Assembly (NCBI GenBank): GCA_028534125.1
Contig: CM052816.1
Location: forward strand, 100,936,001-101,000,000
DNA from: Lama glama
Taxonomy: Eukaryota
Reading direction: 5' to 3'
Length of the DNA: 64,000 bases
Below the pieces are notes generated by a model. That model searched no databases. It had not been told where the DNA came from and saw nothing but the letters and a program-made list of their open reading frames with translations. The translations under genes and the position numbers were made by a program. Of this stretch, positions 39,101-49,960 are shown piece by piece; position 1 is the first letter of the stretch, and every line of letters begins with the position of its first letter.

Positions 39101-42100
39101 ACGTCCTCTCTGCGTGGCCTGGCCCCTCTCCTGGGTGGGCTGCAACTCAGGGATGGGGTCCCCGGGCCCTGTGGAAGCAGGAATGGGCCTGGATTCACAT
39201 GGCTCCAGATTTACACCCCTGGGAGCAGACCACCAGTGTGGCTTCACACGCTGCCTGTCCCAGCCCAACTCCACCGATCCCGCAGGGCAAGCCTGTTGTG
39301 GACAAGAGGCTAAAGACGAGGGGGCGCCCAGACGAAGCTGGAATCGCGGGGGAGCACGGAGTTTCCTCAGGTCCCCCGCCGCCGGGAGAGCGGTGTTCAC
39401 CCCGCAGGCAGCCGCCCAGGAGCGGCTGCGGACGGCGTCTGGCGCGTCGTGCGCGCCAAGCTGACCCGGAGGAATGTGATTTGGGGGTTTAACAAAGTTG
39501 TCATCCATGGTGGAAGGCAGGCCCCAAAGCGGCGACATCCAGCCTGCAAGCAAGTCAGAGGCAAACAGGCACAACCGGAGAGCGAGGCCCCGGCAGCAGC
39601 AAGGCCGGGAAGGTGCGCACACACTCCCTGTTGGGTGAGCGCCAGAGCCCCGCAGCCGCCGCAGCGCACCTGCCTGCTCGCCGCCTGGACGCCCAGGCCG
39701 AGCCTCACCAGGGGCCGCCGGAGGCGCGGAACACCACGGTCCGCTGGACACAAACGCTCTGTCTCTGGGCTTCCCGTGAAAACTTCCCTCCCGCACTAGC
39801 CGCCCGGCCGCCCTCACGGCACGTTCAGCTGGGACAAAGGCGGGCATTTCCACCTCCTCCGTGTGCCCCTCTGTGTCACGGTGGCTGCAAAGCCAGATTT
39901 AGGTAAAATGTAAAGTTGCAAACTCCCAGTTCTGTGTTGCTCTTTTTTTAATTTGAGTCCATAGAAAATTTCTCAGAGCTTGCGACCCTTCAGGCCACGC
40001 GGCCTGACCTCCAGTCCTGAAGAAACTCTGAGGAATTGAAGCAAAAACCATCAACCCTTCCCAGCACTGTGGGGTGCCTGCCTCGACCATGAAGACCAGG
40101 GACCCAAGGTGGGCCGCTTCCTCTGCCAGACGGTGGGCGACACTGATGGTCACAGGCCTGGTGCTTGTTTCAGCTGCTTCTGTTCGACCACAATGACAAC
40201 CACTCCACCTCCCCTCCCCTCAGAGAGACATGACCAGGGCACCGAGTCAGTGTCACCACGAGGAGGGCGAGGGGTCGGAGGGGTCTGGGGGTCTGAGGTC
40301 AGTGGAAGGGCCACCAAGGCCCCCAGGCTGTGGACCCGGCGCAGGTGTCCTCTCCCACCTGGCATCCAAGAGTGTGGGCAGGACCCCAGCCAGGCCGGGA
40401 GCTGCTGCTCTGGAGCCAGGACTTCGGTCAGTATTTCAAAATTCAGAGAACACGCGGCGTCGCGAGACGTCAGGTGGCCTGGGAGGTGACGTCTGTGATG
40501 ACACCTCCCAGCAACAGACTGTCCCACAGACAGGACGCCAGACGGCAAGAAAGCCCCGTCTGGAAAGGGGGCTGCCTGAGCCGCGCTTTCTGTCCAAGAT
40601 GGGGAGCCCCAGGCCATGGACGTGGCGCCAGCTGGAAGGTCACACCGGGCAGAAGAGCCGGCCTGAGGCTGGGCTCTTCCCTGAGGGTGCGGGGAGCGGT
40701 CACCCCAGGCCTCAGGCTACACAGGCTCTGAGGGAACTTCTGAAGAGGATGCCTGTGCACACGGAAGCCCATTTCACACAGGACGGAAGCAGGTGGCCAC
40801 CCCTCTGGAGGGCGGACCCGGAAGACTGTGCCAACTCTGGGTACATCCAGGTAGCCCGGAGCTTCTGACAGCTCACGAGAACGCAGGTGGTCCCCTGGCC
40901 GGGGCAGACCTTCACTCCAAGGTCTCACGATGCCAGGCTGCCAAGCCGAGGCCCTGAAGAAGCAGGTGTGTGTTCTCCGAGGAGCCCCCACTGGCAGGCA
41001 AGGCCCCCAACCCACAACCCAGCCCAGCACGTGTGCCTCTGGGTGTGTGTGCCCTTGTGTGTCCAGGAGACGACGTACTGATCCTTTGGTGTTTGTGGGG
41101 TGGGGTGGGTACCAGCCCCACGTCTGCGGGGCCCGGGGACCACCAGGCTCAAGGGAAGTAGGTGGAGACTAGGAATCCAATTTCCGGAAGGCCTGCCATT
41201 ATAACCATTTCATTTCATTTTATCAGATGTTAAAAAAAACACAAAGCAAATCGCTTAGAGAAAGCTGGTATTTACTTTATTAGATCCCTTTTATCACTTT
41301 TTCCCGCTTTCTGCAGAGCCCCCCACCCATCACCTCTCAGTACAAACCCAGCGGGCGGAGCCTCAGCGTGCACGGCGGGTAACAGGTCGCGGCGGCCACG
41401 CAGAAGCTGCACCGAGCGCCCTCCCAGCAGCCCGGGCCTCCGCCACGTCCTGCCGCAAAGCAGCTGCTTCTCCCGGGGCCGTTTCACAAGCGGCCACAGA
41501 CATCCCGCACCGCATAGCCAGACCCGAGCCCCCTGCCTGGTGCTTCTTCCCCGGGTCTGCACCCTCAGCCAGCCGTGGAGTCCCCGCCGCCTCGCTGGTG
41601 CTGCCGGTCCGGCCCCGCCACGCGTGGGGAGCGGGCTGGGACGCCGTCTCGGGGCAAACACCCCGCGGCTCCAGTAAGACACAGACCACCGGCTCGCGTG
41701 TCGGGGGCCCAGCAAGGTCGGCTTCGACTTCTGGGCCCAGGGCAGCCACGCCAGCTCTCCCACTTTCCAGCCAGCGGGGACAGGAGGCAGGCAGAGAAGG
41801 GTAAGTGGTCTCCTCTTAAACTGGTCTTGCGGAAGCCCCGGGCACCCCCTCCCGCGTGGCTGCTAGGGGGCGGCAGCAGCCACTTCTCAGAGGCGGCTCA
41901 AGGTCCAGGGGACGCCTGTTCCTAGAAGGAGAGAGGAGAGCGCAGGTGCTCGCGGGCCCTCAGCGGCGCCACCCCTGGGCTGATGGAAGTCTCCGGAAAG
42001 CCTTCTGCCAGCAGCCGTCATGACCCCCAACCAGTCACCACGTCCCCACCCTGCGAGGAACCTCGTCACACCCGCCACTAAGATGGGTTACAACGTGGCC

Positions 42101-42200
42101 CTTGATGACGCTACTGACCGCCGTGCAGGGCAGCCACTGTTTCCTCCCGACAGGCTTTCATTGTGAAAGAGCGTGTTCAAAGGACAAAGGGTGAGTCTGA

Positions 42201-42336
42201 GGGGGAGGGCGTAGCTCAGTGGTAGAGTGTGCGCTCGGCACACACGAGGTCCTGGGTCAATCCCCAGTGCCTCTGTTGAAAGTAAACAAAATAAATACAC
42301 AAACCTAATTACCTATCTTGCAAACAGAACAAAAAA
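42201..42336 (+). mobile_element. tRNA-derived SINE, Vic-1-like
   Basis: gggggagggcgtagctcagtggtagagtgtgcg...gaggtcctgggtcaatccccag...aaacctaattacct, A-rich tail, imperfect flanking duplication aaagggtgagt/aaaaagtgagt. Confidence 0.87.
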
Positions 42337-42399
42337 GTGAGTTCAAGTCTACGCACTAAAAAAATTGTTGTAATGAGTGACCTTAGGGAAAGTGGCTAC

Positions 42400-42620
42400 C
42401 GGCACATAGAAGTAAACACTGACCCGCATCACAGGGCGTAACAAAACACACGTTCCTGGGGGACCGAGGCCTAGATGTAGGTGCTGAAATTGTAAAGCTG
42501 GAAGAACCGTCGGGGTCACAACTATAAATGTGAACGAGGAGGTAAATTAATACAGGGTAACGAAAGATTTGACTGTGTCAAGGTAAAATATTTGTTAGAC
42601 GAAAGACATAAAAGATAGTA
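42400..42620 (+). mobile_element. Ancient L1ME ORF2 fragment
   Basis: ggcctagatgtagg..gaaattgtaaagctggaagaa and agatttgactgtgtcaaggtaaaatatttgt resemble L1 ORF2 3' region. Confidence 0.5.
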
Positions 42621-43424
42621 TCAAATATGATTTAGTATTAAAAGTATTTACTGAATTATTAAATATTAGATAAAACATGGAAAATAAGTAATATTTAATA
42701 TTATTTACTATGAGTGTTGCAAGAATAAATATTCCTATCTCCCTTAAACTGGAAGAAGAAATATTTGGGCTTTTTTAGGGTCACCCTGGAACTTCGCTGG
42801 TTCTTTGTGCATTTGGGCTGCTGGTTTAAGACGCTGTGTTTCATCACGGTTTTTCTATAAGCTCTTCAGGGCTGGCAAAACAGCCCTCCCTCCCCCACGG
42901 CCCCGTAATCCTTGTGCCTGGAGGTCAGCGCAGGAGCCAGGGCCACGCCAAGTGCCGGCCCCAGGGCTCCGTGAAGCAGCCCTCTCACGGTGCGCATGCT
43001 CAGGCAGCCCCGGGGGTGGGGGGCCCGCAGGGCGAGGAGTCCTCCAGATGGTCCTCCTCTTGGAGACAGGACAGAGAGGCTAGAGATGTTCACAAGCAGA
43101 AGCTATTTGCTTCTAAGTTAAGGAACTTTCTTGCAAACCTGTTTTTCATGTCTATGAAAGTGATGAAAGGGTGCTTCATTTTAACTTCCAGCCTTTAAAG
43201 GCATTGTTTATTTTGCCCTCACCTTATACCTTCCCTTTAAGGTAATCTCTCTGCCTAGTTGCTTTCTCTGTATTGAAAATTATAATATATAATTACATAA
43301 TAATATACAATCACCATTTTATAATTATACCTTATGATTACAGTGTAATCACATAATAGCATACAATTACAGCGTAACGTTATTAATCTTACTTGCCGAG
43401 GAGTACCTGCAGCGGGCAGCTGGG

Positions 43425-43720
43425 ATGAGTTGTGCCGCTGTGACAAACAATCCCAACAAATCCGCAGCTCCACACGGCGGTGGGTTCCCGCCCCCATGGT
43501 CTGTCCTGCCGGCCAGCGGGGTCTCCTTCCCGAGCCAGACTGCCTGAGCCTTGGCCTGGGGTTCGTGCTGTTGCCGTAGGGGGCCTCGCTCACCAGCTTC
43601 TGTGACGCCATGACACAGGTCACTTCTGCTTGGTTTCGCTGGCCAAAGGCAGTCACAAGGCCACACCTGCCTCGAGGTGGCCAGGCAGTGCAATCCAGCC
43701 CTGCGAGCAGCCACACGCGG
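43425..43720 (-). mobile_element. Old MaLR LTR (MLT1J/K-like)
   Basis: gctgtgacaaacaatccc...tgacacaggtcacttctgcttggtttcgctggccaaaggcagtcacaaggccacacctg. Confidence 0.45.
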
Positions 43721-44261
43721 CCCCCAAATTTGGCAAGCAGCACCGACCCCCCCCCCACAGCACGACACCCACTCAACACCGTTCCCTGGCCAGAGACCAC
43801 CGAGATGGAGTAGTCTGGGAACCAGAAAAATCTAGCAAGGTCACGACGGGAGTCCAGTCATGCCCCCACAACCTGGCACTAAGTCCTCAGAACCATCAAA
43901 GGTGAGAGAATTCAGTCACTGAAGGTCCGCTGTTTTTTGGGCCTCTTGGCAGGAGGCCAGGTCAGAGAAGGAATTACTGGGGACAGATCTTGTGTGATGG
44001 ATGGAGCCCCAGTGAGATCCACGGAAGGCCCGAAGTTCCGGAGAAAGTTGTTCCAGCAGTGATGCTGCCGGCTCAGACTGCAGGGTCAGAAAGGAAACAG
44101 GGAGGGGGCTGTTGGGCCCCAAGAGGCTAGCTCACCTACCAAGCTGAGTCCCTCGTGATGCCGGCACGGTGACCAGCACAGGTCTCCCTCCCAACTGCGG
44201 TGATGGGCAGCAGGGCCGGAAACAACCTGGGGCCATGGCGTGGCACATCAGGGTGCCCCTC

Positions 44262-44620
44262 TGTTAGGGGCTGAGTTGTGTCCCCCAGAATTCACATGTT
44301 TACGCTCTTATGTGGACACGGCGTCACTGCACATGTAATTAGTGAAGATGAGGTCGTGAGGGTGGGCCCCAACCCGGTCTGCTGATGTCCTTATAAATAG
44401 GAGACATTTGGACACGGAGACCAAGACACCCACAGGGAGACTGCCTGGTGACGATGGAGGCAGAGGTCAGATGGTGTGTCCACCGGGACAGCAGGGACTG
44501 CCAGTGGCCGCCAGAGTCTCACGGAATCCCCTCACGGCTGGAGAAGGCTGCCCGCAGCCTGGTCCCGGACTTCTCACCTCCAGCACTGAGGCAGTAACTG
44601 ACTGCGGTCTCAGCCACCGA
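44262..44620 (+). mobile_element. MaLR solo LTR (MLT1B/C-like)
   Basis: tgttagggggctgagttgtgtcccccagaattcacatgtt...gtaattagtgaagatgaggtc...gtccttataaataggagacatttggacac...gatggaggcagag. Confidence 0.8.
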
Positions 44621-47600
44621 TCAGGACCCCTCCAGGGAGAGAGCGAGACACTGGGGCTGCCCTGAGCCCCGGGCAGAGTTGGTCCTGAGCAAAGCTGACC
44701 CACTTCCGACCCGGTGTCGTGGCCAGCAGTCCCCCTGGAGCGCCTGTGTCCCGGGCAAGAACACTCTGTCATTTTCAGACAGAAAATGAAAAGGTTGCTC
44801 ACTGTCTAAGTAACTTGAACTGAGTCATTGATCTGAAGACTTTTAAAGTGAAACAGTGAGGATTTCTGTTGCGCTTTGAAGTCAGCCCCGCTCCCTCGCC
44901 TCCCTCCGGGTGATTTTATAGCCATTAAGAATGTGTTCCTTTTATCTGGGCCTTCAATTAATTGAATTTCAAAAATACTCTGAAATGGTGTTTTTTCATA
45001 TAAAAATCAGCTAACTCCTGGAGGACATTCCCATGTGACTTGCCACCACAGTAATTAAAAGCCGGTGCATTACGCTGGTCACTGCTGGGGCGCCGCGGGC
45101 AAGGGGGTGTTTAACGTGGGGTCTGCAGCGTCCCCTGGATGCAATGCGGAGGACGGGGAAATGCCACCTTCAGGACGGCTTGGGACAGTAGCGCACACCT
45201 GAGTCACCCCGGAAGGGACACAGGACACTCCCAGGACAACAAAATGCCAGCTCTGTGCACGCCCAGCAAACGCTCCTATCTGCACGTGCTGTCTGGGTAC
45301 ACAGGGAGCATTCTCACACAGACCTCCGGAGCCCCCAGCCCCGGTGGGAGGGTGGAGGAGAGGTCAGAGGGCAGCTTGACTGGGAGCAGTGCCCAGGGGA
45401 GCAGGTGAGGGGCATAAGGTGTGCTCTTTGCATCTGGGCAACCACAAGCCCACAGCCTCGGTGCACTACACCCCCGCCACAGTCTTCTTTTCAAATGACC
45501 TGTGCAAATGCCATTTGGTACCTGTCACCTTCTGTTTGTGAATTTTTGGCAAACAGTTGCAAGAGAACAGCCCACATAAATGAGTGCCCTGGGGGAGCAG
45601 CCACGCCCCCTCTTCCCACCGACGGAATATACGCTTCCTTTGTGCAGACTCCAGGTGGACGTCCGCCCCGTGAGGCTTCCCGGGCTGTGGGCGGGAGGCC
45701 CCTCCCCCGCAGGAGGCCCCTCCCCCGCAGGAGGTTTCTGTGCGGGGAGGTCCCTCGAGTGAGCACCAGCTACGCACTAAGGATAAATGTTTATGTTTTT
45801 CTTCTCCCTGCTAAAGACTCTGAATACTCTGTCAAGGAATTCAAAGTGATATTCAAATTCCAGGCAGTGACATGAGCTGTTACCTTTCTCTATGGTTTAA
45901 AAATCTCTTCATTTCCCGTGGGTGTCTTTCTGGGCTGGGATGTTGGTGATTCCAGGGTGTGCATGGTACACATTTCAAGTTTAAACATACAAGCTACAGA
46001 TACAGTTTGGATTAAAGTTTGGATTAATAGCCTTTCACTTTTAATAACAGAAATCTTCCTAAAGTCTGCTGGTGCGTTTCAACATTACAGACACACATCA
46101 TATTCCTGAAGTGAGGGGGAAATTAAAAAACCTCCAATCTTTGCTGCCTCAGCGTCCTTCCAACCCTATGAGGGAAGGGGCCAGACAGGGGAGGCACGAG
46201 ATCCACTGGCACCAGTCCACTCGCGGTCACTCTGTAGGGACCGTGAGCGCCTCTGACCTGCGTCCAGACCACACATCACCATCTCTAACTGGACTGCTTT
46301 AAGAAAGAACCACTCCGACGTTCTGCTGTAAGTAATTCTGAGTTTGGCATTGCCTCATAGTGGGTAAAGAAAGGGAGAGACTTCTCCTGGAGCCCAGGGC
46401 CAGTGCAGAACAGGCTCCCAGCTCCACCGCTGGCTTTGCAAAGATGAAAGATTTTGCACTGCAACTTGGGGACCTGGCCCCAAAGCACAGCTCCACTGCT
46501 GGGTCAGGCCAGGAGCATCACTGAGGACAGGGTCCCTCCAAGGACAGCAGCATCTCCGGGACACCGGGGCCCAGTGACCTCCCTGAGGCTGGCCCAGGCA
46601 AGAGTCCCTCAGCTTTCCTGGGCCCCGGGGCGCAGGGGAGGGGCCACAGACCCTGGGCCCCAGGCAACAGCAGGCACCACGGGCAGCACCAGAGCCGCCC
46701 CGTCAGCTGCCGCGTAGCCTTCTCTTGTCTTCTCAGCCCCCAGATGCCTCTGCAAGTTGCAGCAATGTTCAGGCGAGGGGGAGGACGCAGGCCCAGCCAA
46801 GCCCTGGGGGCTCAGAGACTGTTTCAGATCGCACTCCTGGCTCTGCCAACAGGAAAGACAAAGAGGGATTGAGAGCTGCTCCTCGGGGAGCCAGGACTGA
46901 CCAGAGTGGGCCGCATGGCACACTGGGGCAGCCCGTGCCAGCCCGGGAGGACCGCTGCCCTTCGAGGGGCTGAGGCTGCAGACCTGCTTTCTGGATTAAC
47001 TGCTCACTCTGAGGCCCCATGGCCAGACCTAGGCTATTCCATCATTTCCTCAGAGCCCCAGCGCAGGGCGCGAGGGCTGGGGCGGCTCCCTGCCCGAGAG
47101 GTCGAAGCATGAGAGGCAGGGTGGCTGCTGATGCCGCCAGTCACTTGGTCAGGGGCCCAGGGCAAGTCCAGCCTGATAGCACCCAAATCGTCAGGTGCTG
47201 AAGATGGGCCTTGGGGGACTCAAGTGAAGGGAGTCCCCCCCAGGGAAGGGCACACTCCTGGGGGTGGTGTTCCTCCAGGTGTCTGGTGTTTGGGGCTATG
47301 GAAATCCACAGCGCAGGGTCCTCTCGGGCAGCCGGCCGCCTGCGCCCCCTTGGGCAGCAGGTTGCCTCCGTGAACGTGAGATGAGTTTCTCGCCCAGTTG
47401 AGGCTGCAAACACAAACCTGCCTTGCACCTCCTCAGTTATGAAAAGAATCCTAGTCCAGGGACGCTCTGCAGGGAGGGGCGGCTGCCTGTCCCTATTGGG
47501 CCCAGGGCACTGCCCAGAGCATCCAGCACAGCATGGAGAGGAGATGGACAGGAGATGCGACAGAAGCCAGCTGCTGGCCTCTCCTCCCCAGGTGCAGGGG

Positions 47601-48779
47601 GCCTTCCCTCCACTTCCTTCTGGCTGGAACCAAATGAATCCTCCACCCCAAGCTCCTCCCAGAACACCCTTCCAACAGCCCAGGGAGTGGGCCACAGTGA
47701 TGTGCCGTCTAGCTGGATGCCGACAGGTCTGCGGTCCACATGAGGCCCCCCTTCATGTTACCGAGAGGGCCCAGAGGCCAAATCTGGGTCCTTCCCCTAG
47801 AAGACCCTGGAAGCTCTGGCCCAGCAGCAGGACCAGGAAGGCGGGTTCCGGCTCTTTTCTCTCCCAGGAAGCCCTGCTCCAGGGGAAGTGAGAAGATGGG
47901 CCAGGCCTGGAGACAAAGGCCCTGCCAGCCTGGCAGCGCCACCGGTGACGCAAGCGGATGTGCACTGCCTGCCCAGCTGCAGCAGAGTGCTTGGAAGGAG
48001 AAAAGTGGGGAAACAGCAGATAACTTTTTCAGACATTATCCAAGTCAACAAACCTCAAGTGTCACTGCCACAAACCACAGGAGAAACCAGTTTTTGGTTC
48101 TCTGAAGTGAAAATGATGGGGCTGGGGGAGGACCCCAGGGCACAGGGTTCCAGGCTGACGGACTGAGGGTCAGGGGTCAGGGAGGCCGGGACCTAGGCCC
48201 GCGCACTGCCTCCCGCCCAGCCTCAGGCTGCAGAAGCCACAGTGCGTTCCCCATGGAAGTGTGTTCCCAGGCCAGAGGCCCAGCCGAGAAGGGCCCTGGA
48301 AAGGACTGAAAAAGTTCCCCTGTCAGGGCCCAGTCCTGGGCAGGTCACAGGCTTGCTGGCCCCCAGGCAGTTTCTGTCACCTTGATACACCCACTTCCAC
48401 CTGCCCAAGCCCCTGTGCCCACACCCAGGCTCCCACACTGCCCAGCGCCCACTGCCCTGAGAGCCAGCCAGGTGGGAACCAGTGTGGACCCAGCGGGAAA
48501 AGTGTTCTCCCTTGGGGTGAAGGGACAGCATCAGGGGAGGGGCAAGGAAGAAAGGGGAGCCTGGGAGCAGGACCCGAGCCTATTCCGAGGAGAACCGGCC
48601 AAGCGGGGACGTGGGGCTTTGTGGGGGGGGGGAGGGACTCGGGGAACTGTCTCCCGGCTCCTCTTCTTAGGCTCAGGAGGCCCCCAGGCGCAACGGCCTG
48701 GGCGAAGGAGGGCCCTCAGGGCCCATGAGGAGCCAAATCAGGCTCTCCTGTTCTGGCTTGAGTGTCCTCTCAAACCAGA

Positions 48780-49960
48780 GCGTCCCCGCCCGACCAGCCC
48801 TCGGTGTCCCTGCCCCCACCCCTCACCCCCCACCCCGGCCGCCTCCATCCCAACTCTGCGTCCCGTGCACCCCGCGCGGGCAGGGCGGAGGGGAAAGTTG
48901 GCGAGTGCGCGGCGCCNNNNNNNNNNNNNNNNNNNNNNNNNNNNNNNNNNNNNNNNNNNNNNNNNNNNNNNNNNNNNNNNNNNNNNNNNNNNNNNNNNNN
49001 NNNNNNNNNNNNNNNNNNNNNNNNNNNNNNNNNNNNNNNNNNNNNNNNNNNNNNNNNNNNNNNNNNNNNNNNNNNNNNNNNNNNNNNNAGCGCGCGCGCC
49101 GAGTGGCCGCGCAGAGCCCTCGCGGGCGGCCGGTAGCGGCCCGGCGCCACCGCAGGTAGGCGAGGTCCCCGCGCCCGCCCCCGCCCCGGGGTGCCGAGAC
49201 CCCTCCCCCCGCCGGGGAGGCGGAGGCTCCGCGCGGCCGCCGAGGGGCGCGGGTGCCGGCGACGGCGGCGACTCCCCGGTGCGTCCCGGGCTGCGTGCTG
49301 CTCCCCGCGGCCCCGGCGCCCGAGCGGCGCGGCGGGCGCGTCCCCGGCGCAGGTAGGGAGTGGGCTCGGCCGCGCAAACTTTGCGAGGATGGCTCCTGCG
49401 CTGCAGGGCACAAAGTTTGCTGCCCGCCGGTGGGGTCTCTGGAGGCCGCCGCGTTCGCGGCAAGTTTCGGGAATGGGGGTCGCAGGCGGGCGCGGGGCGC
49501 GGGGGGCGACGCGGGGCTGGGACCTGCATTCCGCCGCCCCGGCTCGGGCGGCGCCCTGCGAGCGAGCGGGCGAGCGGCGGGGCCGAGGCGCGAGAGCCGG
49601 AGGGAGCCGGCCGGAATGCGGGGCCTTACGGGAGGATTCAACCCGTGCGCCTGCAGCTCGCCCACTGGATTCGCGGGAGACCCCAGAGAAGCGGCTGCGA
49701 AGGCGCGACCTGCCAGCCTCGGGGTTGGCGAGTGTGGCGCCCGGACATCTAGAACGCCTCTGAGCCCCGCACCCCGCCCGCCCGGGCGTCCGCGAGCAGC
49801 AGGCAGCAGGGGCTCCCCAGGGGCTCGGCCCTATGCCTCAGAAAAGAAGGCCCCAGTCTGGTGCTGCGCGCTCCCGCCCCCGCCCTCTGGCTGGGGTCAA
49901 CTTCGCCGGGCTGGAGAGAGGCCCCCGCCCCCGTGGTGGCTCTGGGTGCGGGATTGAGGG
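48780..49960 (+). promoter_or_regulatory. IRX4: Upstream CpG island; probable distal IRX4 promoter and non-coding first exon with candidate donors CAG|GTAGG at 49156 and 49353
   Basis: Very CpG-dense, ~4 kb upstream of the ATG; two good donors; matching acceptor ctcttctgcttcgtcctcccAG at 53187; human IRX4 has upstream 5'UTR exons (recalled). Confidence 0.6.

Noticed and set aside
42201-42275. tRNA-like sequence with A and B boxes (also at 11.1 and 21.5 kb)
   Set aside because: SINE heads with tails and flanking duplications; degenerate stems, so not tRNA genes
20487-45735. Small tandem duplications (20487-20528, 22477-22511, 29648-29680, 45694-45729)
   Set aside because: Two to three copies of 11-20 bp; ordinary slippage with no further structure
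160-48700. Hundreds of 60-280 aa ORFs in the ORF track
   Set aside because: Overlapping on all frames, often non-ATG starts, low-complexity R/P/G/A composition, no domains or consistent splice structure; expected in GC-rich mammalian intergenic DNA
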